A DNA stretch of 64,000 bases from Malacoraja senta (taxonomy: Eukaryota). The stretch spans positions 3,720,001 to 3,784,000 of the forward strand of contig CM075988.1 in assembly GCA_038087875.1 (NCBI GenBank). The letters run 5' to 3'. How positions within the stretch are numbered: the stretch's first letter is position 1; every line of letters begins with the position of its first letter. The notes under the pieces are model-generated. The model saw nothing but the letters and a program-made list of their open reading frames with translations, was not told where the DNA came from and searched no databases. Shown in pieces: positions 36,019-49,629 of this stretch. The position numbers and the translations under genes are program-made.

Positions 36019-39000
36019 TTTTACTTCGGAGTCACGTGAGTGACTACGTGAAGAAGGCCGTCAGGCGCATGCGCGTCATCATTACGTCTACTGCATTGCG
36101 CAACGTCGGACTGGCAGGCGCGCTGCTCCTGCCAGCGGTAAGTTTAAACCTCAAGGTAAGTTTTAAACTTATACCCAGGTTATGTTTTCTTTTGCAGGAT
36201 TCTCTGCTTACAGAGTTTTCCTGCTGAATTTCGGGGCGAAGTCCGGAACGGGCCGCGGGGGAACCTTTATGGACCGCGGGGAACCCCAGTCACGGACCAC
36301 AGGGAATCCCGGTCATGACCTCGGGGAATCCCGGAAATGGACCGTGGGAACCCGTTACGGAGACCCGCGGAAGTGCGGGTAGCGGGCAGTGGTCAAATTT
36401 GCCTTCCGAGTCGCTGGCTGTGGAGCCAGCGGCTTCAGACTGGTGCCTGTAGCACCTAGGCAACCCTGCTTGGAGGGCAGCCACAAAATTATATCTCCCT
36501 CTCTGAGGAGGGAAGAGGCCCTTTGACTCAAAACGAGTCGGGTCAGGATCCCATTCAGGTCTGAGTCAGGTCCCATTCACAGGGATCCCAGGAGACATTT
36601 GGAATTTATCTGGATGGGGCAATGATAACAGTTAATGCGTTGCAAATGGGCTAACTTCAGCTCCCAGGTCATCTACCAAATTACTAAACCGGTGCTGGAC
36701 TGCTCAGAGCTCAAAAATCATTTGTTATGGCTAAACTGGATGATATTCTAACGCTGTGTTTTGCTAAAATCAACTGTTTCATCCGCAACTATATTGAGAA
36801 ATTGAGGTTCCTCCAGTTAAGTTTAAGTTGATACCAACTACAGTTATTGATTACTCGGTTTTACCTTTAACTATTAATTATCTGTGACTCGCCCTGGGGC
36901 AAGAGATTGGAATCAATAGAAGCCTGTAACAACCTTGTTATCAAGCAGTCTTCTATTCATCAAGTGTAATTGGCAATATAGCAGCTGTGTTTCAGCTGTG
37001 CAATTGGGTCTTTGCTTTATCTGAACTTTCAACGTGCAAAGTAGTAACCTCTGAAGTGCCATATAGGTAATTGTTAACGGATCTATGCTTTTACCAGCTG
37101 AAGCCACCAAAGTCACAATGGTGGACGAACAATATTCAGCATTGCTCCAGTAGTTTTGGTCAATAAATCTTCAGTTATTACAGACTGATGCTAGTGCTCT
37201 ATGATGGGAAATTACGAATGCCATCTCTAGTTACGGAGGCAATGGGATTTGCATGAATTACCAATTCTTCAGTTATTGGTATCAACTACCTATAGACACT
37301 AGGTGCATACTATGGGTTATAGTGATATTGTGCGGATATGCATGCTCAGTTCCAGGTTGATACATAGATACATAGAAATACATAGAAAATAGGTGCAGGA
37401 GTAGCCCATTCGGCCCTTCGAGCCTGCACCGCCATTCAATATGATCATGGCTGATCATCCAACTCAGTATCCCGTACCTGCCTTCTCTCCTACCCCCTGA
37501 TCCCTTAGCCACAGGGCCACATCTAACTCCCTCTTAAATATAGCCAATGAACTGGCCTCAACTATCCTCTGTGGCAGAGAGTTCCAGAGATTCACCACTC
37601 TCTGTGTGAAAAGTTTTTCCTCATCTCGGTCTTAAAGGATTTCCCCCTTATCCTTAAGCTGTGACCCCTTGTCCTGGACTTCCCCAACATCGGGAACAAT
37701 CTTCCTGCATCTAGCCTGTCCAACCCCATAAGAATTTTGTACGTTCTATAAGATCCCTCTCAATCTCCTAAATTCTAGCAAGTATAAGCCAAGTCTATCC
37801 AGTCTTTCTTCATATGAAAGTCCTGACATCCCAGGAATCAGTCTGGTTACACTGTGGTGGTGCATATGTTGGTCACATGGGTGCAATCAAGCCAAAGTAT
37901 CCTGTCATAATTTACCCAACCTTATTTTGGGCTGGTGTATCATCATGCAAAATCAATGACAACACAGAATGATGTTGGATCACAAGGTATTTTATGACAT
38001 TATGGCTCGATGGAACAGCAAATATCGATATGTTTGCATCCAGGCTCATTCACCGGTTGTAAGACATGTGCATCACAGTGGCGAGATACATTCTCGCTAC
38101 ACGGGGAGGAATGGGTCTTTATGTCGTTGCCTCATCAGTCGGGTCTTGCAATACATTTCCTCTTCAGTAGATGGGAAGCATTTTGTTTAAATGCTATGTT
38201 ACATATAATACGGCAAGGACACTGCCGTCTTAGAATTTATTTTCAATGAGCCCTTGACAATAAATTAAGTGATAGTCCCATTAACTGTGCCCACCGTGCT
38301 TTCTCATCATATTTGCTGCAGCGAGCAGGACCCGCTCAGTCGAGTCTCACCCGCTGATATCCAGTTTATTAAGGATATCTTTACGCAAGTTCTCCCAGAC
38401 CCAAGTACATGGTAGTATGGGATATTGACGTTGTGTTAACACTACTTCACCAGGGGGCTCCAGCTATATCCCTATCTTGGCTCGGCTCTCATAAGGTAGT
38501 TATCCCCTTGGCGCTGTTCTCAGCGCAACGGGTCCAGTCATTATATTAATTGCGACTGGACAGGATGGTTATACCTGCTAATAATATAATATTTCATGTT
38601 TACGATTTAGTTAAGCAGGGCAGCCCAGGGGTGTCAGGTCTCAAACTAGTTCTCATGGCATACCCCATGGACCTTCGGTTATGTGTGGTCATACATTTAC
38701 AACATTACGTCAAGGTCACCTAGAGCCTTAGAGGCTCTCATACTACCTATGTAGTTAGTTACTAACAACCTCATAAGATGTTATCAGTTCAGACTACCGC
38801 CAGGTGGTTAAAACGGGGTTCTGGCTTATACAGGAATAGATATTTATTGTCTAATCTCACTCCACCAGGGCTACTACAACATCAGCAGTAGGGTTATGTA
38901 CGGTCCTCTGGACCACATCCTGCCGACTGCAGGATGGTCTAACGAACAAATTTTCCAAACATTTTATAATAACCCATTGCCAGACCAGGGGTATTTACCA

Positions 39001-39548
39001 ACTCTATTTTAGGTTCTATTTTATAGTTCCCCCCCGGATGAGAGGGGTTACTATTTATTATTATTTGTTCATTTATCAGCATCAGCATGTTTTAAATCTA
39101 TGTCATGTCTTTATGCATTATTAATGTTTTCCCTTATCTGTGGTAAACTGATGCAGTCGTGCTTGTGTGGACTCGTTTATCCACGGTATGAAATCACAGA
39201 GCTTTAAAATCTTTACATAGTTACTCACGTGACTCCGAAGTAAAATAGTAAGATTAAATGAGAACTTACCAGTTTGAAGTTTGATCTTTATTTTATGAGG
39301 AGTTACGATGAGCGATTACGTGCCCTCCGCTCCCAACCCTCGTATCATAAAGATCATCTGGTAGTTCTAGTCATCTCTAATCTTACTATGTTAGTTCAAC
39401 TACTGTTATCTGTGATTTCACAGCGCTGCTTTGAGGATTGACGCGCATGCGCCTGGACGGCCTTCTTCACGTAATCGCTCATCGTAATTCCTCATAAAAT
39501 AAAGATCAAACTTCAAACTGGTAAGTTCTCATTTAATCTTACTATTTT
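36019..39548 (+). mobile_element. DIRS1-type tyrosine-recombinase retrotransposon, internally deleted and degenerate
   Basis: Left ITR ttttacttcggagtcacgtgag...gcgcatgcgcgtca (36019-36078). ICR at 39210-39322 is complementary to both element ends. Right ITR + extension at 39439-39548. Remnant motifs: RT (TSAPR.. at 36653, LDDIL at 36736), RNase H (QTDAS at 37181), methyltransferase-like DMFASRL (38027), YR SAQRVQS (38520), HSTRA (38858), AGWSNEQIFQTFY (38929). Confidence 0.9.
37361..37846 (-). mobile_element. CR1 3' fragment inserted into the DIRS element
   Basis: (catagaaa) tail; near-identical to 16540-17025. Confidence 0.85.
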
Positions 39549-39984
39549 TCAGCAGAATGTTTCAGCTTTGCTATTCTGACAACATTCTTGGCCATTTTCC
39601 CCATCATGCTCCGCAGTAGGTGAGGTGTTGGGTTAACCGTGTTATAATCTACTCATCTTCTTTATCATTCTCAAAATTCCTGACACCAGGGGTTATGGGG
39701 AAAATGCAGAGGAATGAGGTTGAGAGGGAAAGATAGATCAGCCATGATTGAAGGACAGGGTAGACGATAGGCCGTATGGCCTCCTTCTGCTCCAAGAACC
39801 TATACATTTATCAACATGAATTTTGGAAATGTTAATATTGCATCATGTGTTGCCCATGACCACAGTCTACTGTGTGATGGTACAATGTACCAGGGGTCGG
39901 CAACCTTGTTCTGCATAGGGGCCAGGACCCATGTCTGTGAGCAGATGGCAGGCCACATTTACCGCCATAGTTAATAAATGGAGA

Positions 39985-40216
39985 TAATAATAATACATAC
40001 TAACTAAATTAGTACTTAGTAATAATACATACTAATAATACATAAATTAGTAATAATACATACTAATAATACATACATTAGTAATAATGCATACTAATAA
40101 TACATAAATGAGTAATAATACATACTAATAATACATACATTAGTAATAATGCATACTAATAATACATACTAATAATACATACATTAGTAATAATGCATAC
40201 TAATAATATATACTAG
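39985..40216. repeat. AT-rich minisatellite (taataatacatac / tagtaataat units)
   Basis: Directly visible. Confidence 0.9.
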
Positions 40217-40280
40217 TATGACACGGTGTGACATGGTGTTGTTTTTCGCATTAGTTTTCACGAGGTTTTCAAATCGTTTT

Positions 40281-40471
40281 CTGCAGTTCCCAGATCACCT
40301 GCATGCCCCGGGACTGGCTGCAGTTCCCAGATCACCTGCATGCCCCGGGACTGGCTGTAGTTCCCAGATCACCTGCATGCCCCGGGACTGGCTGCAGTTC
40401 CCAGATCACCTGCATGCCCCGGGACTGGCTGCAGTTCCCAGATCACCTGCATGCCCCGGGACTGGCTGTAG
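40281..40471. repeat. 37-bp tandem repeat, 5 copies plus 6 bp
   Basis: Unit ctgcagttcccagatcacctgcatgccccgggactgg starts at 40281, 40318, 40355, 40392 and 40429; nearly identical. Confidence 0.95.
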
Positions 40472-41296
40472 CGCCCAGGTGATTTAGAATCTAAACAGTT
40501 AAAAACTACACTGAATTACAGTGTGAACTGATCTCTGCACACTGGTACCTTTTTACCTACAGACATCACTGCCCATCCAGCACTGCTTTTGCAAATGCAA
40601 TGATGAACAACCGTGTTATGTCAGAAACACAAAGAATTGCAGGTTGGAATTTTGAATTGAACACAAAATGCTGGAATAACTCAGCGGGACAGGCAGCTTC
40701 TCTGGATAGAAGGCATGGGTGATGTTTCGGGTCGAGTCACTTCTTCATTCGCCCCGCTGAGTTACTCCTGCATCTTGTGTCTATCTTTGGTGTAAACCAG
40801 CATCTGCAGTTCCTTGCTAAACATGGACACATGTACTGTTTATGTTATCTCCAGTCGCTGTTACGTCTTCAAATAAAATAGTCCTTGTTATATTCTTTCT
40901 CAATGTAATATTTTTGGATATATTACGTATCTGTAGCTGCCTCATTGTAGTCATCTTTCAATTTGGCAACACTTTCCTATCCAGAAATGGTGAATAATTA
41001 CAACTGTAGTATCACCAGGAGATGGCACTGCAAGATCAACTGTACAAGGTGCTTCCATTGAGTTGTTGGGTGAAAGAACCCAGGACTCAGCCCCAAGGAT
41101 GATGAAGAAGTCCATGCTTGCTCAAAAAGCAATTCCATTCCTTCACTAATATTCCCTCTAACCCATTCTACCCGCGCTCACACAGTGGCCAATTAACTTA
41201 TCCGCCCACAGGTCTTTCTGATGTATAAGGAAATTGAAGTATTCAGGAAACCAAACACTGTCATAGGAAGCGCATCAAGACCCCACGTAGACATAA

Positions 41297-42556
41297 CATT
41301 GATGACTGCATTGGTGCTACCTCCTGCACCTATACACAACTCACTGACTTCATCCATTTCACCACTATCTTCCATCCGGCACTCAAATACACCTGGACCA
41401 TTTCCGACATTTCCCTACCATTTCTAGACCTCACTATCTCCATCGCAGGTGACAGACTAGTGACCAACATCCACTATAAACCCATTGACTTCCATGGCTA
41501 TCTGGACTACACTTCTTCCCACCCTGCTTCCTGTAAGGACTCCATCCCCTACTCCCAATTCCTCCATCTACGCCGCATCTGCACCCAGGATGGGGTGTTG
41601 CAAACTAGGGCATTCAAGATGTCCTCATTCTTTAGGGAACGGGGGTTCCCCTCTTCGACTATGGATGAGGCTCTCACCAGGATCTCTTCTATACCCCGTA
41701 GCTCCCCTCTCACTCCCCATCCCCCACTTGTAACAAGGGCAGAGTCCCCCCTGTCCTCACCTTCCACCCTACCAGCCGTCACATGCAATAAATAATCCTC
41801 CGACATTTCCGCCACCTCCAACGGGATCCCACCACTGGCCACATCTTCCCATCTCCTCCCCTTTCGGCTTTCCGCAGAGACCGTTCTCTCTGTAACTCCC
41901 TGGTCAATTTGTCCCTTCCCATCCAAACACCCCCTCTCCTGGAACTTTCCCTTGCAACCACAGGAAATGCTACACTTGTCGCTTTACCTCCCCCCTTGAC
42001 TCCATCCAAGGACTCAAGCAGTCTTTCCAGGTGTGGCAGAGGTTCACCTGCACCTCCTCCAACCTCATCTATTGCATCCGCTGCTCTAGGTGTCAGCTGC
42101 TCTACATCGGTGAGACCAAGCGTAGGCTTGGCGATCGCTTCGCCCAACACCTCCGCTTAGTTTGCAATAACCAATTTGATCTCCCGGTGGCTCAGCACTT
42201 CAACTTCCCCTCTCATTCCGAATCCAATCTTTCTGTCCTGGGCCTCCTCCATGGCCAGAGTGAGGCCCATCGTAAGTTGGAGGAGCAGCACCTCATATTT
42301 CGCTTGGGTAGTTTACACCCCAGCGATATGAAGATTGACTTCTCCAATTTCAGGTAGTCCCTGCTTTCTCCTTCTTTCCCCCTCACCTTCCCAGCTCTCC
42401 CACAGCCTACTGTCCCCACCTCTTCCTTTCTTCTTCCAGCCACCCCCCACCCCCACATCAGTCTGAAGAAGGGTCTCGACCCAAAACGTCGCCTATTTCC
42501 TTCGCTCCATAGATGCTGCCTCACCCGCTGAGTTTCTCCAGCACTTTTGTCTACCT
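41297..42556 (+). mobile_element. Penelope-like retroelement, 5'-truncated (RT C-terminal part + GIY-YIG endonuclease + terminal repeat with hammerhead-like motif)
   Basis: IDDCIGA...LPFLDLTI...YKPIDFHGYLDYTSSHP...SIPYSQF; GIY-YIG CTSSNLIYCIRCSRCQLLYIGETKRRLGDRFAQHLR...LEEQHLIFRLG (42031-42357); motif ctgaagaagggtctcgacccaaaacgtc at 42463. Confidence 0.9.
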
Positions 42557-42752
42557 TAGACATCAATGGAGGTTAGGATTGAACCTGTTGCTGGAGCTGA
42601 CATTTGTGAGTTCTACTAGCTGCACTAGTATTGGGGATATTAATTTATTGCATTTTTGTTATATTATTATATTATTTATGTGTGGAAATCAGAGCCATCC
42701 CTACGTCCAATAGTTTCATTGAAGCATATCACTGCCACAGTTGAGAAAAACT

Positions 42753-43043
42753 CAGTTTAAAGATGCAGCACGGAAACAGGCCCTTCAGCCCACCGAGCCC
42801 GCACCGACCAGCGATCCCACACATTAACACTACCCTACACACGCAAGGGACAATCTTAAATTTATACCAAGCCAATTAACCTACAAGCCCGTGCGTCTTC
42901 GGAGTGTGGGAGGAAACCGAAGATCTTGGAGAAAACCCACGCAGGTCACGGGGAGAACGTACAAACTCCGTACAGACAGCACCCGTAGTCAGGATGGAAC
43001 AGAGGCCTCTGGCGCTGTAAGGCTGCAACTCTACCGCTGCGCC
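42753..43043 (-). mobile_element. V-SINE
   Basis: Consensus motifs, reverse complement. Confidence 0.8.
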
Positions 43044-43389
43044 TGGGTGGGTCATTCACCATCTCTGGAGAACAAGGATAGTAATGTTTCAGGTCGGGAC
43101 CCTTCTTCACACCGATTTATGTGTACTTATGTTTACAGGCCTCTAATGCTGCTGCAAGTAAGAATTGTATTATTCTGCTGTCAGTACATTTGACAGTACA
43201 ATCAAACACACTTGACTATTACAGCATTGTGCCTTCTCAACGGGGAGTTATTTCAAATAAGGATGCCGTGCAACTTGAAGGGGAATTTGCAGCTGGTGGA
43301 GTCCTGCCTTTGTTCTTCCATATGTGAGAGCAGCAGAATTTAGGAGGTGCTCCAGCAACAGCTACCTAAGTACCCGCAGTGCACTGTGA

Positions 43390-44250
43390 ATGGGAAGGAA
43401 CTGCAGATGCTGGTTTACACCAAGGATAGACACCTAATGCTGGAGTAGCTCAGCGGGTCAGGCAGCATCTTTGGGAAAAAGGAATAGGTGACGTTTCGGC
43501 TTGAGATCCTTCTTCAGACTGAGCGTCAAGGGAGAGGGAGACTAGAGGTCTGAAAATGTACAGAACAAATCAGAGCCAGCACCATTGACTCAGGGAAGAT
43601 GGAGCCCACAATGATCCATTGTTGGCGGTGGACAAGGTGATAACAAAAGTATATGAACAGTGAAATGAAATGAAATAGCAAGACAACTGGGGTGGTGGAG
43701 GGATGGAGCGAGAGGAAATGCAAGGGTTACTTGTAGTTAGAGGAATTAATATTCATACTGCTGGGTTGTAATCTGTAGGAAGGAACTGCAGATGCTGGTT
43801 TACACCGAAGATAGACACAAAATGCTGGAGTGAGTCAATGGGACAGGCAGCATCTCTGGAGCGAATGAATGGGTGATGAGACAAAGGGTCTCAACCCGAA
43901 ACGTCACCCATTCCTTCTCTCCAGGTACACTGACTGTCCCGCCGGGTTACTCCAGCATTTTGTGTCTATCTCCGCTGGGGTGTAAGCTGCCCAAGAGGTG
44001 CTGCTCCTCCAATTTGCGCTGGGCCTCACTCTGACAACGGAGGAGGCCCAGGACAGAAAGGTCAGTGTAGGAATGGGAGGGGGAGTTAAAGTGTTTGGCA
44101 ACTGGGAGATCGTATTGTGTAGATGTGCAGGAAGGAACTGCAGATGCTGGTTTCAACCGAAGATAGGCACAAAAAGCTGGAGTAACTCAGCGGGAGAAGC
44201 AGCATCTCTGGAGAGGAATGGGTGACGTTTTGGGCCGAGACTCTTCTTCT
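43390..44250 (-). mobile_element. Cluster of nested Penelope fragments (GIY-YIG C-terminus and terminal repeats)
   Basis: Minus ORF YDLPVAKHFNSPSHSYTDLSVLGLLRCQSEAQRKLEEQHL plus several copies of the short repeat. Confidence 0.75.
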
Positions 44251-45899
44251 GTAGATGTTCACTGCAGCCACTGTGTGGCTGAGGCTGAGGGAGAGGGTGT
44301 CTAGTGTACATTTGGTTGCAGGTCACTTGGGCTACTGTGTGGTGTAGACGTCAGGCATGTGGAGAATATTCCAACACACTCCTGACTTTTGGCTTTGGGG
44401 TTTCAGGGTATGTCACACACCACAGGACACCAGCCGCTAACCTGTTCTTGAAGCTACAGAATTGATGTAGCTGATCCAATTGTTGAACTGCTCAAGTCAA
44501 GATTATTTAATTGTCATATGTACCGGCACTGGAAGAATTAGATTCTTATGCTGCAGATTTACAGCCCCATTAATGCATGAACAGACAAACAAATGTATCA
44601 AAGCACCACATTAACGATCAATAATACCACCAAATCAGACCTGGATAATGGACAATCTCATTCTTTAGTTCAGCCAAAATAAAGTCCATTGTAGCTCATA
44701 GAAACAAGGAACTGCAGATGCTGGTTTGTAAAGAGATACACAAAGTGCTGGAGTGACTCAGCCGGTCAGGCAGCACCGCTGGAGAACATGGGTAGGTGAC
44801 GTTTCTCCTATCCATGTTTTCCAGGGATGCTGACTGGCCCGCTGAGTTACTCCAGCTCTTTGTCTGCTTCCACAGTAGATCATAGTTGCTGAGGTAGGAT
44901 TGTGGTTAGTGTTTCCGTGGTGTTCGTGAGTCTGATGGGTGGTGGATGTCAGTGTGTCGAAGATAGACACAAAATGCTGGAATAACCTGCTATCCAGAGA
45001 TGCTGCCGGGCACTGATGCTGAGTTACTCCAGCATTTTGAGTCTATCTTCGGTTTAAAGTAGCATCTGCAGTTCCTTCCTACACATTATGTTGAAGGTGG
45101 CAGACTTGGCAAAGGTAATGTCATTAAATGCCACTGGGATGTGGTTATTGTTGGCCACTTGTGTGGTGTGAATAAACTCATCAATTATCAGTCTAGGCTT
45201 TGGTTTGACAGGGACACGCCCTGGTTCATTTTCTGCAGAGTTTGAAGTGCATTTCAACGTTACACAATCGTAAACCAACCTTACGGCCAGCAGCATAATC
45301 AAAGACGAGTCGCACCCTGGTCACTCCCTCTTCTCCCCTCTCCCATCGAAGAAAAGGTACAGAAGTGTGAAAATGTACACCTCCAAATTTAGGGACAGTT
45401 TCTTCCCAGCTGTTATCAGGCAACTGAATCATCCTACCACAACCTGAACTACCATCTACCTCTCTGGTGACCCTCGGACTATCCTTGATCGGAATTTGCT
45501 GGCTTTACCTTGCACTAAATGTTATTCCCTCACTATACACCGTAAATGGCTCGATTGTAATCATGCTTTGTCTTTCCGTAGACTAGTTAGCACACCACAA
45601 AAGCTTTTCACTGTACCTCGGTGCACGTGACAATAAACTAAACTGAACTAACTAACTAACTACCTCCTCTCACCGTGTCATAAAGAGATGCCTCTGCTGA
45701 AGCAGCTGAAGACGTCAGCAATGTAAGAAGCAGAAGCAGGTTATCTTAGGCCATGAACCTACCCGCTATTTATCATCACAGATGTTCAGAAAGTAGACTC
45801 AACCGTTTAAAAAATATATATAACTTTGTCATTCTTCCTTTCAAAGTTGGAAACATTACATTTTTCCACATTTCCTCCATCGTGCTCTCTCACTTAATT

Positions 45900-46567
45900 T
45901 TAGTTTAGTTTAGTTTAGAGATGAAGCATGGGAACAGGCCCTTCGACCCACCAGGTCTGTGTCGACTAGTGATTCCCGCACGTTGATACTATCCCGCGGA
46001 CAGTTTTACATTTTATACCAAGCCAATTAAACTACAAACCTGTGCGGCTTTGGAGTGTGGGAGGAAACCAAAGATCTCGGGGAAACCCCACGCAGGTCAC
46101 GGGGAGAACGTACAAACTCCGTACAGACCACACCCGTAGTCAGGATTGAACTCGGGTCTCTGGCGCTATAAGGCAGGAACTCTACCGCTGCGCCACCGTG
46201 CTGCTTAATCTACCCATATCCCTTTGTAGAATTCTTGTGTCCTCCTCATGACTGGTTAAGCAGCTACCTCTGAACTATCAATAGGTTTGGGGCGGCACGG
46301 GAGCAGAGACCCAGGTTCAATCCTAACTAGGAGTGCTTGTCCGTACAGAATTTGTACGTTCGCCCAGTGACATGCCTGGGTTTTCTCCGGTTTCCTCCCA
46401 CACTCCAAAGACGTACACGTTAGTAGGTTAATTGGCTTTGAAAAGTTGTAAAATTGTGCCTGGATAGTGTTGGTGTACGGGTGGTTTCATTGGTCAACGT
46501 GGACTCGGTGTGCTGAAGGGTCAGTTTCCGTGCTGTATCTCTAATGTCTAAATTCTAAAGTCTAAAC
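45900..46567. mobile_element. Two divergently oriented V-SINEs (45900-46205 minus; 46288-46567 plus)
   Basis: Consensus motifs on both strands. Confidence 0.8.
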
Positions 46568-47329
46568 TGGTTTGGGTCCAATATGCTTGGTCCCCTCAAG
46601 GATATCATTAATAAACATTGCTGTAGCACCCCAGCTGCTACTGTTGCCAATCTGAAAATGACTCATTTTTTCCAATTGTCTATTTTCTAGTAATTAGTGA
46701 GACCCCTGTCCATGCTAATTATCTACAGCCTGGAGTGTGGTAAACTTGTACAGTAGAAATAAGGAACTGCAAATGCCGGTTAGTTAAAAGAAGACACAAA
46801 GTGCTGGAGCAACTCAAGGGCACAGACAACATTTCTGGAGAACATGCATAGATGACATTTCGGGTCAGGACATTGAGAGGTGTGAAGAATGTTCTCCAGA
46901 GATGCTTCCTGACCCGTTGAGTTACTCCTGTGCTTTGAACCTTTCACTGTAATCTTATTGAATGCCTTCCAGAAATCTGAATATGCTGATGTCATAAGGA
47001 ATAGGAGTAAAATCAAGTCTGCTTTGCCTAATCCCTAACCCCATTCTCCTGCCTTCTCCCTGTAACCTCTGACACCTGTACAAATCAAGACTCTATCTAT
47101 TAGTTCTCATTATCTGCTCTCTGTGTTAAATCCTCAGAGAATTCAAGCACATTTATCAAACATGAATTCCCTTTCATAAACCTATGTTGACCCTGCTTAA
47201 TGTTTAACGATTTTCTAAATCTCCACTATTTCATCCTTGATAATGGATTCCTGGATTTTCCCAATCAATATATTAATGTGTCTTCAACTGTTTTTTTTAA
47301 ATACAACAATACGTGAACTATCTCGTCAG

Positions 47330-48085
47330 ATTTTCCCCTCCCCGCCACTTTCTTCTTTCTGCGAGGATCATTCTCCATGACCCCCTGATTCGCTCGTCTC
47401 TCCCCACCCATTCCTCCCCCGGCACTGTCACCTGCAACCAGTGGATGTGTAACACTTGTCCCAACACCTACTTCCTCACTACCATCCAGGGACCAGAACA
47501 GGCCCTTCCAGGTGTGGCAGAGATTCAACTACGCCTCCTCCAACAAGTCTTGTTTACATTGCTGAGACCAAACGGTGGCACAGCAGTAGAGTTGCTGCCT
47601 TACAGCGCCAGAGATCCCGGTTCAATTCTGACTACGGTTGCTTGTCTGTACAGAGCTTGTAAGTTCTCCCCGTGACCTGCGTAGGGTTTTCTCTGAGATC
47701 TACGGTTTCCTCCCACACTCTAAAGACGTACAGGTTTGTAGATTAATTGGCTTGGTATGGTGTAAATTGTCTCTGGTGTGTGTAGGATGGTGTTAGTGTG
47801 CGGGGATCACTGGTCCGTGCGGACTTGGTGGGCCGTAGGGTCTGTTTCCTCGCTGTATCTCTAAACTAAACTAAATGCTGACTAGATGACCACTTTGCCG
47901 AACTCCTCTGCTCTTTCTGCCATGGTTCCCATTTTAATCCTCCTTCCCATTCCCACACCAGCCTGCCTGTCATCCTTCTCCAATACCAGAGTGCGGTCAA
48001 ATGCAACCCAGAGGAACAGCATCTCATATTCTGCCTGGGTGCTCCATCACCCAATGACTTGAACACCCAATCCCCAATCTCAGGG
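47330..48085 (+). mobile_element. Old Penelope GIY-YIG fragment interrupted by a V-SINE (47573-47875)
   Basis: ttccaggtgtggcagagattc...gagaccaaac|SINE|...gaggaacagcatctcatattctgcctggg. Confidence 0.7.
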
Positions 48086-48272
48086 AGCCCACATTGCTCA
48101 CGTGTGGGAAGGAACTGCAGATGCTGGTTTAAACCGCAGATGGACACAAGATGCTGGAGTCTGTCTAAATGCCTGTCCTGCTGAATTACTCCAGCATTTT
48201 GTGTCTATCTCTTATAGCTCCAGATAGCTCCAGCACATTGCTCCATCCCTTTCTCTCTCCTTCCACCACTCA

Positions 48273-48595
48273 GGTGGCACAGTGGCACAACGGTGGAGTT
48301 GCTGCCTCACAGAGCCAGAGACTGGGTTCAATCCTGACTGCAGGTGCTATCTGTATGGAGTTTGCACGTTCTCCCTGTGACGGTCCGCGTGGGTTTCCTC
48401 TGGATGCTCCGGTTTCCTCCCACATTCCAAAGATGTACAGGTTTGTAGGTTAATTGGCTTTGGTAAAAATTGTCCCTAGCGTGTGTAGGTCAGTTTTAGT
48501 GTACGGAGTGATCACTGGTCGGCATGGACTCAGTGGGCCGAACGGCCTATTTCCTCACTCTATCTCTATAGTTTAAACTAAAGTCTAAAGTCTAT
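48273..48595 (+). mobile_element. V-SINE
   Basis: Consensus motifs. Confidence 0.8.
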
Positions 48596-49629
48596 TTCCA
48601 CTCTTCTCCTCCCCTACCTGACTATCTGCTGATCAACCTCTCCTCACCTGAATCCAATAGACAATAGACAATAGACAATAGACAATAGGTGCAGGAGTAG
48701 GCCATTCGGCCCTTCGAGCCAGCACCGCCATTCAATGTGATCATGGCTGATCATCCACAATCAGTACCCCGCTCCTGCCTTCTCCCCATATCCCCTGACT
48801 CTGCTATTTTTAAGAGCCCTATCTAGCTCTCTCTTGAAAGCATTCAGAGATTTCACTTTTGCCCCACCACTCTTTCCTTGATAGGACTATGCTGCCTTCA
48901 CCTTGTACTAACCGTTATTCCCTCAGCATGTATCTATACACTATAAATGGCCTGATTGTAAGCATGTATTGACTTTCTGCTGACTGGATAGCACACAACA
49001 AAAGTTTTCCACTGTACCTCGGTAGACATGACAAAAAACTAACCTGTAAACTGTAAACTAAACTGAACTCCTCTTTATACTGTCAATCTCTTTCAGTGTG
49101 GATGTAGGGTCACGACCCAAAATGTCAACTGTTCATTTCCCTTCACTGATGCTGTCTGACCCGTTGACTTCCTCCAGCAGCTCTCAATTTGCTCTAGATT
49201 CAAATATCCGTAGTCTCTTGAGACTCGATGTGTAGGAAGGAAGTGCAAACGCTGGTTTAAACCGAAAATAGACACAAATGCTGGAGTAACTCAGCGGGAC
49301 AGGCAGCATCTCTGGAGAGAAGGAATGGGTGACGTTCCGGGTCGTGACCCTTCTTCAGACTGTCTTAAATATGGTCTTGACTAAAAACATCACTCATTCA
49401 TTACATCCACACATGCTGCCTGTCCCGCTGAGTAACTCCAGTATTTTGTGTCTATCTCTTGAGTCTCTAAATATTTCTAGGTCCACAAGCCTTATACTTA
49501 TCTTCGCAAGACTGGATGGCAGTTCTATCAATGTGATTGGAGCACATCATCAGTCAGGTGTGGAGCCAAATGGCCCACAGGGAACCCGATCACAAACATC
49601 ATACCTTCAAGGTCAGCAGAGGGGCGGCA

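Larger units (their letters stand above)
39891..40475. mobile_element. hAT (Charlie-like) non-autonomous element left end carrying two minisatellites
   Basis: Start caggggtcggcaacctt; related sequence with the matching right end aggttgccgaaccccg occurs at 10650-10808. Confidence 0.55.

Noticed and set aside
40281..40471. 37-bp repeats as a CRISPR array
   Set aside because: Units are directly adjacent with no spacers, there are no cas genes, and the context is eukaryotic.
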